A stretch of 50,505 bases of DNA, taken from sequence record MN850606.1. One strand, given 5' to 3'. The translations under genes were made by a program, and so were the position numbers. The first letter of the stretch is position 1; each line of letters begins with the position of its first letter. This document shows positions 36,994 to 47,499 of the stretch, one piece after another. Under the pieces are notes generated by a model, which worked only from the letters and a program-made list of their open reading frames with translations, searched no databases and was not told the origin of the DNA. Origin of the DNA: Escherichia phage tuinn.

Positions 36994-37521
36994 ATGGCTA
37001 AAAACGTTGAGCCTGCTGTAAAGGCATTAAATTTCAAAGAGTTATATAATAAAACTTATGGCGATATTGTCACGCTAAACAACCGCCACAAGTACACGCC
37101 GGAACAGGTTTTTGATATGGCGATCCGCTATTTCACTTGGGCCGAAGAGAATCACATCCAGGCGGCTGAAACTGCTTCCTTTCAGGGTGACGTGTACGAG
37201 AGCAGAGTTTACAAGCCTCGCGTTTTCACGGTTAACGGATTCAGCTTGTATCTCGGCGTGACTGAGGCTGCTGTAAGCAAATGGCGTAAAGAGCCTGGAT
37301 TCTGCGATGTGATGGAGTTTGTTGATAAAGTAATTTACGAGCAAAAATTCCAGCTTGCGGCAAATAACATGATTAATGCTGGATTTATCGGTAAAGAGAT
37401 CGGCGTAGAGAAGCCAGCAACAGTGAGCGTTGAAGCTAGCGCGGCAGCTAATGCAAGCATTGACGCAGTAACTGCCGATGAGGTGAAAGAGGCTGTTATT
37501 GATATTCTGGAGCAACTTTAA
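36994..37521 (+). CDS. terminase small subunit
   Basis: AGGAGG RBS; position directly upstream of large terminase. Confidence 0.6.
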   Translation: MAKNVEPAVKALNFKELYNKTYGDIVTLNNRHKYTPEQVFDMAIRYFTWAEENHIQAAETASFQGDVYESRVYKPRVFTVNGFSLYLGVTEAAVSKWRKEPGFCDVMEFVDKVIYEQKFQLAANNMINAGFIGKEIGVEKPATVSVEASAAANASIDAVTADEVKEAVIDILEQL

Positions 37522-39089
37522 TGATCATATGGGAAGATTTGACGGCGGCGCAAAAGCGAGCCATTAAAGAAATCAGTGAGCATTCATTCGAAAAGATGAT
37601 CAGAATCTGGTTTCAGTTATTGCAGGGGCAAAAATTCCAGAGCAACTGGCATTTTAGCTTATTGTGCAGTGAGGTAGAGAAGATCATCAATGGAGAGTCG
37701 CAGAATGTGATTTTCAACATTACGCCAGGTAGCGGTAAGACTGAGATTTTCTCGATCCACATGTCACCCTACGCGTCATTGAAAAGTCGGAAGGTGAGAA
37801 ACCTTAACCTTTCGTTTAGTGATGGACTTGTCCAGCAAAACAGCAACAGGATAAAGGAGATTATCGGTTCTCCTGAGTGGCAAGAGCTATGGCCAGGAAA
37901 ACTGGCAAAGGCGAGCGCAAAAGATCTCATAGTTACGGATGGCGGCAAGGTTAAATTGCAAGTTAACTCACGTTCTATTGGCGGACAGGTAACAGGTTTG
38001 CGTGGCGGCTATATGGACGATGGTTTTACTGGTATGCTGGTTCTGGACGATCCAGACAAGCCGGATGATATGCTTTCTAAGGTCAAGCGTGAGGCTATCC
38101 ACATGCGGTTAAAAAACACAGTGCGATCGCGCCGAATGAAAGACACTACGCCGATTGTTATGGTGCAACAGCGACTACACGTTAATGATTCCACCTGGTT
38201 TATGCTTAATGGCGGGATGGGTGGTATTGAGTTTAAAGTTGTGAGTATTCCGGCGCTGGTTACGAAAGAATACCGCGAAACGCTTCCTGATTGGTTGAAG
38301 CCTGAATTTGATCGTGATGTGTTGTCAAGTAAGCCAGTGATGATAGATGGCGTTGCTCATTATTCATTTTGGCCTGCGAAGGAAAGCGCGGAGGAATTGC
38401 TTGCATTGCGCAATGCAGATCCTTATACGTTCGCCAGTCAGTACCAACAGCAACCCATCGCGCTTGGCGGCAACGTGTTTAAAACAGAGTGGTTCCAGTA
38501 TTACGGCAGCGGAGAAAAATGCGCACTTCCTAAACCGGATCGCTTTGAATACACATTTATTACTGGTGATACCGCGCAGAAGGCCGGAGAGCTTAACGAC
38601 TATTCAGTTTTTTGTTATTGGGGGATGTATAAGAATCGCGTTTACTTCATTGATGGCATTCGCGGAAAGTGGGAAGCGCCGGATCTTGAATTAAATTTTA
38701 TTGCCTTCGTTAATCAGTGCTGGAAGCGCAATAAGGAGTGTGGCAGCTTGCGACGTATCCACATTGAGGATAAGGCCAGCGGCACGGGTTTGATTCAGGG
38801 GGCCAAAAAGAAGATCCCGATTGATATAAATCCCGTTCAGCGAAGCAATGACAAGGTAACGCGAGCAATGGACGCCGCGCCAGTAATGAGGGCCGGACGT
38901 GTGGCACTGCCAGAAAGTCATCCCATGTTACCTGAGATACTGGCAGAGGTTGCAGCGTTCACTTTTGACGATTCTCATCCCCATGATGATATTGTCGATA
39001 ATATAGTTGATGCTGTTAACGTCGAAATGAACTTGGCTGATGATCCGGTAGCAAGGATGAAAAAGCTGGCTGGTCTACGCAATAAATAG
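37521..39089 (+). CDS. terminase large subunit
   Basis: ATPase motifs (TPGSGKT, LVLDDPD) and C-terminal nuclease-like region; synteny with portal. Confidence 0.75.
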   Translation: MIIWEDLTAAQKRAIKEISEHSFEKMIRIWFQLLQGQKFQSNWHFSLLCSEVEKIINGESQNVIFNITPGSGKTEIFSIHMSPYASLKSRKVRNLNLSFSDGLVQQNSNRIKEIIGSPEWQELWPGKLAKASAKDLIVTDGGKVKLQVNSRSIGGQVTGLRGGYMDDGFTGMLVLDDPDKPDDMLSKVKREAIHMRLKNTVRSRRMKDTTPIVMVQQRLHVNDSTWFMLNGGMGGIEFKVVSIPALVTKEYRETLPDWLKPEFDRDVLSSKPVMIDGVAHYSFWPAKESAEELLALRNADPYTFASQYQQQPIALGGNVFKTEWFQYYGSGEKCALPKPDRFEYTFITGDTAQKAGELNDYSVFCYWGMYKNRVYFIDGIRGKWEAPDLELNFIAFVNQCWKRNKECGSLRRIHIEDKASGTGLIQGAKKKIPIDINPVQRSNDKVTRAMDAAPVMRAGRVALPESHPMLPEILAEVAAFTFDDSHPHDDIVDNIVDAVNVEMNLADDPVARMKKLAGLRNK

Positions 39090-39106
39090 CACTAATTGCT
39101 AAAAAG
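39084..39106 (+). promoter_or_regulatory. conserved motif copy (variant) between terminase and portal
   Basis: AAATAGCACTAATTGCTAAAAAG then TATAAT (39110..39115). Confidence 0.55.
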
Positions 39107-39118
39107 TTATATAATCAA

Positions 39119-39142
39119 GGCTGGATTTTTCCAGCCTTTTTT
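39119..39142 (+). terminator. hairpin + T-run inside late operon
   Basis: GGCTGG-ATTTTT-CCAGCC plus T6. Confidence 0.55.
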
Positions 39143-39159
39143 ATTATGGAGATTTGACG

Positions 39160-40452
39160 ATGAGCGAAAAAACAAGGCTAGTTAAGGCCGATGGATACAA
39201 CGAGATTTTCAAGGGTAGTAAGGGCAATGGGCGTGTAGAGTTGCCTTTCTTTATGCAAGGGTTCGAATACACCACGCACGCTGATTTTTACATTCGCGAC
39301 GGCCTAGCAAAACGAATTATCGACGTTGTTCCAGAAGAAATGGTGACGCCTGGATTTAATATTGATGGCGTGGAAGATGAGGAGAGTTTTAGATCTTTGT
39401 GGGATGAGAAGCGACTAAACGATAAAATCATTGATGCGCTTTGCTGGTCGCGTCTTTTTGGTGGCGCTGCAATCGTGGCAATCGTTCAGGATGGTAGGTC
39501 GTTAAAGTCACCTGTAGCGCCTGGTGCAATCCTTGAAGATGTTCGCGTTTACGATCGCTTTCAGGTTAGGGTAGAAAAGCGCGAAACTAATCCACGCAAG
39601 GTAAGATATGGTGAGCCATTAATTTACACCATTTCACCTGGTGCCGACTTGCCAGAATACCAGGTTCACTATTCGCGAGTCTGTATTATCGACGGTGAGC
39701 GGCTACCAAATCAGCGGCGTCAATCAAATGATGGGTGGGGTGAGTCGATCCTGAATAAGAGACTTGTTGAGGCTATTTGTGATTATAACTACTGCGAAAA
39801 CTTAGCAACTCAATTGTTGCGACGTAAGCAACAGGCGGTATGGAAAGTTAAAGGTCTTGCTGATCTTTGTGATGATGATGATGGTGTTAGTGCCGCACGT
39901 TTGCGACTTGCTCAAGTTGATGATGAGGGTGGCGTAGGCCGTGCGATCGGCATTGATGCGGAAGATGAGGAATATGATGTTTTAAATTCTGATATTTCTG
40001 CCGTCGATTCGTTCTTGGAAAAGAAGATGGATCGCATTGTATCTCTTTCCGGCATCCATGAAATCATCCTCAAAAACAAGAACGTTGGCGGTGTTAGCGC
40101 GAGCCAAAACACGGCGCTTGAAACCTTCTACAAGCTGATCGACCGAAAGCGAAAGGAAGAATACAAACCAATCCTTGAATTTCTGATCCCGTTCCTTATT
40201 CAAGAGGAAGAATGGAGCATTCAGTTTGCGCCGTTAAGCGTTCCAAGCGAAAAGGACCAGGCCGAAATCTTGAACAAGAACATTGATTCTTTGAGTAAGG
40301 CTATTGACGGTCAATTCATGGATGCAGAAGAGGCGCGCGACACATTGCGAGCCATTGCGCCTAACGTTAAACTAAAAGACGGCAATGACATTAAATTACC
40401 TGAGCAAGACGTAGAGCCGGAGCCAGGAACAACAGAGGGTAGCAATCAATGA
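39160..40452 (+). CDS. portal protein
   Basis: ~430-aa protein after terminase; GGAG RBS before ATG 39160. Confidence 0.7.
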   Translation: MSEKTRLVKADGYNEIFKGSKGNGRVELPFFMQGFEYTTHADFYIRDGLAKRIIDVVPEEMVTPGFNIDGVEDEESFRSLWDEKRLNDKIIDALCWSRLFGGAAIVAIVQDGRSLKSPVAPGAILEDVRVYDRFQVRVEKRETNPRKVRYGEPLIYTISPGADLPEYQVHYSRVCIIDGERLPNQRRQSNDGWGESILNKRLVEAICDYNYCENLATQLLRRKQQAVWKVKGLADLCDDDDGVSAARLRLAQVDDEGGVGRAIGIDAEDEEYDVLNSDISAVDSFLEKKMDRIVSLSGIHEIILKNKNVGGVSASQNTALETFYKLIDRKRKEEYKPILEFLIPFLIQEEEWSIQFAPLSVPSEKDQAEILNKNIDSLSKAIDGQFMDAEEARDTLRAIAPNVKLKDGNDIKLPEQDVEPEPGTTEGSNQ

Positions 40453-41204
40453 TAGTGAAAGGCGTCGTTAAACAATGGCGCTTTCCTGAAGCAAGCGAGC
40501 GGCAATTGCGCCGCTCAATTCAGGAGGCGATAAGGGATCTTGTTGTGCTGATGCGCAGCAAAACAAAGGAAATGAAATTTGACGCGGACACCGAAGAAAT
40601 CAACGCCGCAGAGGATGAGATTAGTAGCTTCGCGTTAAAGCTAATAGCTGGCATCGCCGCATCACTTCCGGCTATCGGTCTTGCTGTTTATAAATTCAAC
40701 GCGAAGCAATTTATTAACGTAGCCAAATCAACGGGAGGCAAGTCAAATTCAGCCGTTATCATCCTTATGGCTATTGGGGCCAATGCGAATGAGAGTTGGT
40801 ATAGGACGCTATACGGTCAATGGCATGACATGACGATCGCATCTCTTCAAAAGCTATTTGGAAACATCGTGTCTGACTGGTCAACCAATATTAGATTGGC
40901 AAACTTTCGCGGAATGAGAGATAGCCAGGTTAATGAATTGGCTGGTAAGAGGTTCGCAGTGTATAGCTCTTGGGGTAAGACAAGGGCGGAAAACATCATA
41001 GGCGCTTGGAATAGTAGACTCATGCGCCAGCGTCTTTATGATTCAAAAGTAACTCATTATTTTTGGCATGGTATGCTTGATGACAGAGAGCGATTGCAGC
41101 ATGTACAATGGGAAGGTAAGCGCATTGCGCTAGATTCTGAACATGATTTTCCTGGTGAGCCTTTCGGTTGTCGTTGTTGGGCCATACCAGATTGGAACAG
41201 TTAA
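40449..41204 (+). CDS. head morphogenesis / minor capsid protein
   Basis: Coupled to portal; position and size. Confidence 0.55.
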   Translation: MIVKGVVKQWRFPEASERQLRRSIQEAIRDLVVLMRSKTKEMKFDADTEEINAAEDEISSFALKLIAGIAASLPAIGLAVYKFNAKQFINVAKSTGGKSNSAVIILMAIGANANESWYRTLYGQWHDMTIASLQKLFGNIVSDWSTNIRLANFRGMRDSQVNELAGKRFAVYSSWGKTRAENIIGAWNSRLMRQRLYDSKVTHYFWHGMLDDRERLQHVQWEGKRIALDSEHDFPGEPFGCRCWAIPDWNS

Positions 41205-41214
41205 GAGGTATTAA

Positions 41215-42330
41215 ATGAAGGCAAAACAAAGATTTGATAGCGCCAAAGTAAAGGCGCACTTTGATGATAACGGGTTTTTAGTTGATCGCCCTATCGTGGC
41301 GCGAATTGGTTTACAAGTCTATCAGACTCCTTTCGGTGAGCGCCGAGAATTTCGCCCTGCGTCAGAAGTATTCAAGGCCGACTCGCTCGCCACCTTTGCA
41401 GGGAAGCCGGTCACGGTTGGTCACGTCACGGTAACGCCAGAAAACGCCGAAAAGGTTGTAGTTGGTTCTTGTGCTGGCGCTGGTGTGCCGAACGGGATCG
41501 GCGTAGAGGTTCCGTTAAGCATTTACTCAAAACGAGCAATCGAAAGCGCAAAGAAGCGAGACACGGCGGAAATTTCAGTTGGTTATACATCGGTTGATAT
41601 TGATAAACCAGGCTGGGGCAATAATAAAACTGGTGAGTACGTTTTCGATGAGGACGTTAGCGAAGACTGGAAACCTGATTCTCCTGATTGGGTTAAGTTT
41701 GATGCAATCCAGACTGAAATCAAGGTAAACCACATCGCGTTAGTTTTCCGAGGTCGAGCTGGCATTGCAAAATTAAACCTTGATAGCCAGCAAGATTTTC
41801 CGTATAGTGACGACGTTATTAACAACAAAGAGGATCAAATCATGACTGTAAAAATTAAACTGGATGGCGCTGTAGAGTTTGACGTGCCGAAAGCGGTTGC
41901 GGATCACATTGAATCACTGAAAGCTGATACCAAAGCGCAGAAAGAAAAGGCTGACAGCCTGGAAGCTGAGCGAGACGCACTGCAAACCAAAGTAGATGGC
42001 ATTCAGGATCAGATTGATGCCGCAGTCAAGAAGGCCAAAGAAGATGCCGAGCAATATGCTCAATTAGTTGCAGACGCTAAAGAGTTAGGCATCAAGTGCG
42101 ACGGCCTGGATGCGAAAGCAATCAAGGTTGCATACATCAAGGAAGTTATGGGCAATGACGTTTCTGATAAAACTGATGCCTATATCGAAACAGCTTTCGA
42201 CATCGCCAAAAACTCTGATAAAATGGCGGCGCAGCGTAAGAGCATTAAAGGTGACTCTTTCGCGAATGAAAAGCAGGATGACGCAGGTTCTAAGCTGAAT
42301 CCTAACGCTCGTTTTGAGAAACTGAAATAA
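41215..42330 (+). CDS. capsid scaffolding / prohead protease-like protein
   Basis: Globular N-terminal half plus coiled-coil acidic C-terminal half. Confidence 0.5.
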   Translation: MKAKQRFDSAKVKAHFDDNGFLVDRPIVARIGLQVYQTPFGERREFRPASEVFKADSLATFAGKPVTVGHVTVTPENAEKVVVGSCAGAGVPNGIGVEVPLSIYSKRAIESAKKRDTAEISVGYTSVDIDKPGWGNNKTGEYVFDEDVSEDWKPDSPDWVKFDAIQTEIKVNHIALVFRGRAGIAKLNLDSQQDFPYSDDVINNKEDQIMTVKIKLDGAVEFDVPKAVADHIESLKADTKAQKEKADSLEAERDALQTKVDGIQDQIDAAVKKAKEDAEQYAQLVADAKELGIKCDGLDAKAIKVAYIKEVMGNDVSDKTDAYIETAFDIAKNSDKMAAQRKSIKGDSFANEKQDDAGSKLNPNARFEKLK

Positions 42331-42342
42331 GGAGTAATTAAA

Positions 42343-42852
42343 ATGGCTAAAATTGGAGCAAGTTATTTTGACACTATGGCGCGTGCGCTTCCTGGTCAGG
42401 TATCCGATACTTCGGCATATAACATCGACGGCGCTTGTGTTCTTGACAAGGAAGACGGCATCCCAATCCTGGTTGGCGTGGCTGTTAAGCTAAAAGGCGT
42501 TGACTCAATGGGTAATAAGCTGATCGACGCTATTTCTGGTAGTGGTGATGTTCCTTATGGCGTTGGCATCCGTTCGCACTTTCAAACTACGGCTGATAAT
42601 GGACGAATGGTTTATGAGGCTGGCGGCGGAATCAACGTTATGACAGAGGGCCGCGTTTGGATGGTTGGCGATGATACCGACAAGAGCAAAAAACCATCGT
42701 ATCGTGAGCCTGTAAAAATTGATGAAAACACTGGCAAGGTGAAAAGTGCTGGCACTATCAATACCAACTGGATTTACACGGGAGATAAAACCACATTTGG
42801 AACTGGCGATGATGTGTTGACTTTGTTTGAAGTTCAGGTCTTCCCAAGCTAA
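42343..42852 (+). CDS. head structural / decoration protein
   Basis: AAGGAG RBS, own downstream terminator. Confidence 0.45.
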   Translation: MAKIGASYFDTMARALPGQVSDTSAYNIDGACVLDKEDGIPILVGVAVKLKGVDSMGNKLIDAISGSGDVPYGVGIRSHFQTTADNGRMVYEAGGGINVMTEGRVWMVGDDTDKSKKPSYREPVKIDENTGKVKSAGTINTNWIYTGDKTTFGTGDDVLTLFEVQVFPS

Positions 42853-42857
42853 AATTA

Positions 42858-42882
42858 AGGCGCTCGCTTGAGCGCCTTTTTT
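42858..42882 (+). terminator. rho-independent terminator
   Basis: AGGCGCTC-GCTT-GAGCGCCT plus T6. Confidence 0.65.
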
Positions 42883-42902
42883 ATTATGTAAGGAGAAATG
42901 AA

Positions 42903-43685
42903 ATGGCTAAAGATTATTCATCTGTTATGGGTCTTTCTTGCCCTGGTTGTTTGGTTGATTCTACTCGCTACAATATTGATGGAACTGGCGTTTGCGGATC
43001 TGAGTCGATAATTGCTGGCAAAGTTGTTTTCTTCAAAGAGAGAGTGGAAGGTTATAACATATTTGTTGATCATAAAGAGTATGATGCTGTGGTTGCTGGT
43101 GTTGCTATAAGGAGCAATATCACGACAACGGTTAACGAGGAAGACGGATACTCTGACTATAAGGAAGGAGATTCTATCAATATTTTAACAAGAGGGGTTG
43201 TATGGTGCTTAACTCAAACGATTGAGTCTGCGCCTGAACATGGCGATCTTGTTTATGTTAACAATGATGGTTTTGTAGCAAAAAGTGATGGCGATGAAAT
43301 CGTCGATGGCTGGATTTTTACTGGTGACTTCTACAAGTTTGATGAAACAATGAACATAGTCGGAGTCAGAATAACGCCGCTTCATCATAGAAAATACCTT
43401 CTTACTGGTGCGATCATTGAGGCCGAAAATGGCTACATAGAGGGAACAGAGACGATTAATAACGTTCAATTAAAGGTAACGGTTGTTCCTACTTGGGCTG
43501 ATGACAAAACGGGTCAGTGGACAATTACAAACGAGCAAGATCCAAAGGTTGCCAGCGTTAGCCGTACAGGTCTTGTTGTTCCTACTGGTGTAGGAGGCAG
43601 AGTTAACGTCAACTGGACTGCTAATGATGGTTCTGGAGTTGCTGACCAGTTTGATATTGTATTTAAGAAAACCGCTGGCGCATAA
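42903..43685 (+). CDS. head structural protein with C-terminal Ig-like domain
   Basis: N-terminal half related to 42343..42852 product; beta-rich C-terminus. Confidence 0.45.
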   Translation: MAKDYSSVMGLSCPGCLVDSTRYNIDGTGVCGSESIIAGKVVFFKERVEGYNIFVDHKEYDAVVAGVAIRSNITTTVNEEDGYSDYKEGDSINILTRGVVWCLTQTIESAPEHGDLVYVNNDGFVAKSDGDEIVDGWIFTGDFYKFDETMNIVGVRITPLHHRKYLLTGAIIEAENGYIEGTETINNVQLKVTVVPTWADDKTGQWTITNEQDPKVASVSRTGLVVPTGVGGRVNVNWTANDGSGVADQFDIVFKKTAGA

Positions 43686-43711
43686 CTGATAGCATAAAAA
43701 AACATTGCACG

Positions 43712-43730
43712 TTTAACAAAAAGTGCTATC
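43712..43730 (-). promoter_or_regulatory. conserved motif copy, inverted relative to late operon
   Basis: TTTAACAAAAAGTGCTATC on +. Confidence 0.6.
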
Positions 43731-43733
43731 ATC

Positions 43734-43760
43734 TAGGCCGTTACATTTAACGGCCTTTTT
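43734..43760 (+). terminator. rho-independent terminator
   Basis: AGGCCGTTA-CATT-TAACGGCCT plus T6. Confidence 0.65.
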
Positions 43761-43775
43761 TATGGAGGAAGCAAA

Positions 43776-44747
43776 ATGGCTAAAAAATACGATGAATTAG
43801 ATGCTACCATTGTAGCAAATCATTTACAGGTTCAGGGCGTTAAGGGTGATGCTTCTGATATGGGTATTTGGACCGCTCAAGAGCTACACAAGATCCGCTC
43901 TACCGCATACGAGAAAGAGTATCCGGCAGGTTCCGCACTTCGCGTATTCCCTGTAACAAACGAGCTTTCTGATACTGATAAGACTTTTGAGTATCAGACT
44001 TTTGATAAGGTTGGCTACGCGAAAATTATCGCCGACTACACCGACGATCTGCCGACCGTGGACGCGCTGATGACTTCTGAATTTGGCAAGGTGTTCCGCC
44101 TGGGTAACGCTTTTCTGATCTCCATTGATGAGATTAAAGCAGGTCAGCGAACTGGCAAGAGCCTGTCAACTCGCAAGGCTAACGCTGCGCAAAATGCGCA
44201 TGATCAGTTGATTAACTTCCTGGTGTTCAAAGGTTCCAAGCCTCATAAGATCGTTTCCGTTTTCGATCACCCTAACCTTACGAAAATTGTTTCTAAAGGA
44301 TGGATGAGCCATGATGGAAACACCAAGTCCCCTGATGTGGCAAGCGATGAACTGGAGGCTGCAATCGAGACTATCGAGGAAGTAACCAAAGGTCAGCACC
44401 GCGCGACTAACATCCTGATCCCGCCGTCCATGCGTAAAGTCTTGACGGTTCGAATGGAAAATACCACTGAAAGTTATCTTGAATACTTCCAGAAGCAAAA
44501 CGGCGGCATCACTATCGACTCTATCGCAGAGCTTGAGGATATTGACGGCAAAGGTACGAAAGGTTGCTTGGTTTACGAAAAAGATCCAATGAACATGAGC
44601 ATTGAGATTCCAGAAGCGTTTAACATGCTTCCGGCGCAGCCAAAAGACCTTCATTTCAAGGTTCCTTGCACTTCCAAGTGTACTGGCCTTACTATTTACC
44701 GTCCGTTTACGATGGTGCTTATTACTGGCTTGAAAAAGTCAGCTTAA
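43776..44747 (+). CDS. major capsid protein
   Basis: GGAGG RBS; 323 aa; strong terminators on both sides. Confidence 0.65.
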   Translation: MAKKYDELDATIVANHLQVQGVKGDASDMGIWTAQELHKIRSTAYEKEYPAGSALRVFPVTNELSDTDKTFEYQTFDKVGYAKIIADYTDDLPTVDALMTSEFGKVFRLGNAFLISIDEIKAGQRTGKSLSTRKANAAQNAHDQLINFLVFKGSKPHKIVSVFDHPNLTKIVSKGWMSHDGNTKSPDVASDELEAAIETIEEVTKGQHRATNILIPPSMRKVLTVRMENTTESYLEYFQKQNGGITIDSIAELEDIDGKGTKGCLVYEKDPMNMSIEIPEAFNMLPAQPKDLHFKVPCTSKCTGLTIYRPFTMVLITGLKKSA

Positions 44748-44758
44748 TTAGATAACAT

Positions 44759-44789
44759 GGGGAGCCTTAATGGTTCCCCCTTTTTTTTT
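44759..44789 (+). terminator. rho-independent terminator after capsid gene
   Basis: GGGGAGCC-TTAAT-GGTTCCCC plus T9. Confidence 0.7.
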
Positions 44790-44807
44790 ATTTACGGAGT
44801 ACACAAA

Positions 44808-45074
44808 ATGAGCAAAACTTTAAAACTTAAAGTAACTGGCGTTTGCATGATTATTATGGACGGTAAGCGTTATCACCCTGGTGATGAGATTGAAATTGAA
44901 TCTGATCGCATTAATGATTCCGCAATTGAATACCTGATCGCTCGCGGCGATGTGGAAGTTAAAGACAATTCCGAAATTAACGAGCAAATCAAGGAGAAAG
45001 CGGAGAAGAAGCGCAAAAAAGATCCTACCGAGGGCAAGAGCCGCAAAGAGCTAGAGGATGGCGGCGAATATTAA
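44808..45074 (+). CDS. hypothetical small head-associated protein
   Basis: ATG 44808 (GGAG RBS); Lys/Glu-rich C-terminus. Confidence 0.4.
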   Translation: MSKTLKLKVTGVCMIIMDGKRYHPGDEIEIESDRINDSAIEYLIARGDVEVKDNSEINEQIKEKAEKKRKKDPTEGKSRKELEDGGEY

Positions 45075-45079
45075 TAATT

Positions 45080-45123
45080 GGGGCGCTTATGCGCCCCTTG
45101 TCATATCTGGAGAAAACAAAATG
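45080..45123 (+). promoter_or_regulatory. GC hairpin + RBS cassette (second copy of element at 10217..10258)
   Basis: GGGGCGCTTATGCGCCCC then GTCATATCTGGAGAAAACAAAATG. Confidence 0.55.
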
Positions 45124-45540
45124 GTAGATGAATTTTACACAGACGCTGAAATCGTTCAGCAAATCGTAAAGCTGGCCCCACCAATGCAACAGGTTGATCC
45201 CGATTTAATTGTGGCATGGATTGAGCTTGCTAAAGAGTTTGTTTGCAAAAAACGGTTTAAAAACTCATACCCGAAAGCGGTTGCGCTTTACACTCTTCAC
45301 CTTATGACCTTAGACGGGGCAATGAAACAGGAAGGTGAAAGCGTAGAAAGCTATTCCCGCCGCGTTGCATCGTTCACTCTGACTGGTGAGTTTAGTCAGA
45401 CGTTTGATCGAATTTCTTCCGATACAAGCGGAAAGCAGATCCGACAAACGCCGTGGGGCAAAATGTACGAAGTGTTAAACCGTAAGCACGGTGGCGGCTT
45501 TGGCCTTGTAACTGGATTGCGCCGGAGATGTTGCCGATGA
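45121..45540 (+). CDS. head-tail connector / adaptor protein
   Basis: Position between capsid and tail genes. Confidence 0.45.
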   Translation: MVDEFYTDAEIVQQIVKLAPPMQQVDPDLIVAWIELAKEFVCKKRFKNSYPKAVALYTLHLMTLDGAMKQEGESVESYSRRVASFTLTGEFSQTFDRISSDTSGKQIRQTPWGKMYEVLNRKHGGGFGLVTGLRRRCCR

Positions 45541-45911
45541 ACTACAATGAGATTGCAAGAATGGCTACTGCTGGGATTAACTTTTTCAGCGACGCTAACG
45601 GTATGTTTAAGTGCATCACGCAGCAGGGAGGGGTTGAGATTATCGGCGGAGAGGAAGTTACCAAGCCTGAGATTTCAGTGATGATAAAGGGGCTTGTTAG
45701 ATCTCCGAGGACTAGAGAGGTTGACGGTGAAACGATCCGAGTAACCGACAAGTTGGGGGTATTCACCAATGAAACTGAGATCAAAAATGGTTATCAGATT
45801 GAAATTGATGGCGATCGTTATGTTGTCGTTGAAGCAAGACCAGTCAGACAGACTAACATCACGGCAGCTTATCGTCCGATATTAAGGAGGATTGCAGTGC
45901 ATGGCGGATAA
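45537..45911 (+). CDS. head-tail joining protein
   Basis: ATGA overlap; synteny. Confidence 0.45.
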   Translation: MNYNEIARMATAGINFFSDANGMFKCITQQGGVEIIGGEEVTKPEISVMIKGLVRSPRTREVDGETIRVTDKLGVFTNETEIKNGYQIEIDGDRYVVVEARPVRQTNITAAYRPILRRIAVHGG

Positions 45912-46344
45912 TTATAAGATCAGGGAATTTCACGGTGATATAAGCAGGTGGATTGATTCAGTAAGCAGCGGCCTTGTTGATTGCGTTGAAATGTTCGCGA
46001 CAAACGTCCACGAGGATCTTGTAAAGCGTTCGCCAGTTGATACGGGCCGATATAAAGCTAACTGGCAGGTAACAGCAAACAAGCCGCCGCTATATGCTCT
46101 CAATCAATACGATCGCGATGGTAGTAAAACCATTGCAGAAGGCAAGCGAGCAATATATGCAATCATGCTGGGCGGTGGCGCGGTGCGGTCAATCTATTTT
46201 TCAAACATGCTTATTTACGCCAATGCGCTTGAATACGGGCATTCAAAACAAGCGCCGTCCGGCGTGCTGGGAATCGTGGCGGTAAAGCTGCGATCCTATA
46301 TGACTAAGGCAATAAAGGATTCGAGGGCAAAAAATGCACTATGA
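45901..46344 (+). CDS. tail component (HK97 gp10-like)
   Basis: AAGGAGG RBS; DTGRYKANW motif region. Confidence 0.45.
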   Translation: MADNYKIREFHGDISRWIDSVSSGLVDCVEMFATNVHEDLVKRSPVDTGRYKANWQVTANKPPLYALNQYDRDGSKTIAEGKRAIYAIMLGGGAVRSIYFSNMLIYANALEYGHSKQAPSGVLGIVAVKLRSYMTKAIKDSRAKNAL

Positions 46345-46735
46345 TTTAATGTTAGCGGCAAGAAAGGCGCTGGCGGCGGAATATGAATCACGATTCAAGA
46401 TCGCCTATGAAAACGTTGATTTTGTTCCGCCTGGTGATGGTTCGATGTGGTTAAAATTTGACTACATGGAAGCCGACACAGATCGCATATCTCTTGATAG
46501 AAAATGCGTTTCTTATATCGGATTGGTTCAGGTTGGAATTGTTATGCCTCCTGGCGGCGGCACTGATAAAGCGCGTTTGCTGGCTAAAGAGATTGCGAGA
46601 TTTTTCTATGATGGTAGAATGTTTGAAACTGGCTATATTAGCGATGGGGCAAAGGTCCACACATTACTAAAAAGTGAAACAGGTTGGTTCTTACCGATCC
46701 GTTTCAGTGTTAGGCTTGACACAAAGGAGGAATAA
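46334..46735 (+). CDS. tail completion / terminator protein
   Basis: Position immediately upstream of major tail protein. Confidence 0.45.
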   Translation: MHYDLMLAARKALAAEYESRFKIAYENVDFVPPGDGSMWLKFDYMEADTDRISLDRKCVSYIGLVQVGIVMPPGGGTDKARLLAKEIARFFYDGRMFETGYISDGAKVHTLLKSETGWFLPIRFSVRLDTKEE

Positions 46736-46737
46736 TC

Positions 46738-47400
46738 ATGCACTTGCCTAATGGTTCTCAAATTTTCATCGGCGTTAATATGGGTGAGCCAATTAGCGCG
46801 ACTCAAATCAGCAATGCTGATAATCCTGTTTTTACAACCGAAAACACTCAAAGCATCAAAAAAGGCGCTTATGTTCTTATTGAAACATCTTCTTGGGGCA
46901 AACTTGTTAGTCGAGTGCTTCGAGTTAAGGAAGTATCAGATAATGCAAGTGTTACTCTTGAGGGTGTTAGCACTAAAGATACAAACGTATTTCCAGAAGG
47001 ACAGAACACAGCAACTTTCCGAGAAGTGAAATCTTGGGTAGAGGTTCCTTGCGTACAGGATCTTGCGCAGGACGGCGGCGAGCAACAGTATTACACTTAT
47101 CAGTGTTTGGCTGATGACCATGAGCAGCAGTTGCCGACCTACAAGAGCGCGGTTTCTCTTACCTACACTTTCGCTCATGAATATGATAACCCGATTTATC
47201 CGATCTTGCGCGAGGCTGAGGAATCCGGCGACGTAACCGCTTTGCGTATGTACGTGCCGAAAGCTAAAGAGATGCGTTGCTGGGCTGGCGTATTGTCTTT
47301 TAATGACATTCCGCAAACAACTATGAACGAAATGGAAACTGTTTCCCTTTCTGTATCTATGAAAGGCCGATTCACGTTCTTACCTTCCGACGTTAAGTAA
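46738..47400 (+). CDS. major tail protein
   Basis: AAGGAGG RBS; 220 aa; followed by strong terminator and then the G/GT chaperone. Confidence 0.65.
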   Translation: MHLPNGSQIFIGVNMGEPISATQISNADNPVFTTENTQSIKKGAYVLIETSSWGKLVSRVLRVKEVSDNASVTLEGVSTKDTNVFPEGQNTATFREVKSWVEVPCVQDLAQDGGEQQYYTYQCLADDHEQQLPTYKSAVSLTYTFAHEYDNPIYPILREAEESGDVTALRMYVPKAKEMRCWAGVLSFNDIPQTTMNEMETVSLSVSMKGRFTFLPSDVK

Positions 47401-47405
47401 AACAA

Positions 47406-47426
47406 GGGGCGTTGCGCCCCTTTTTT
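47406..47426 (+). terminator. rho-independent terminator after major tail gene
   Basis: GGGGCG-TTG-CGCCCC plus T6. Confidence 0.75.
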
Positions 47427-47466
47427 CATTCCTGTAAAATCAATCTATCAAATAAATTAATTCCAC

Positions 47467-47485
47467 TTTTAACAAAAAGTGCTAT
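47467..47485 (-). promoter_or_regulatory. conserved motif copy fused to RBS of tail chaperone gene (inverted)
   Basis: TTTTAACAAAAAGTGCTAT followed by AAGGAG and ATG 47500. Confidence 0.6.
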
Positions 47486-47499
47486 AAGGAGATCTTAAG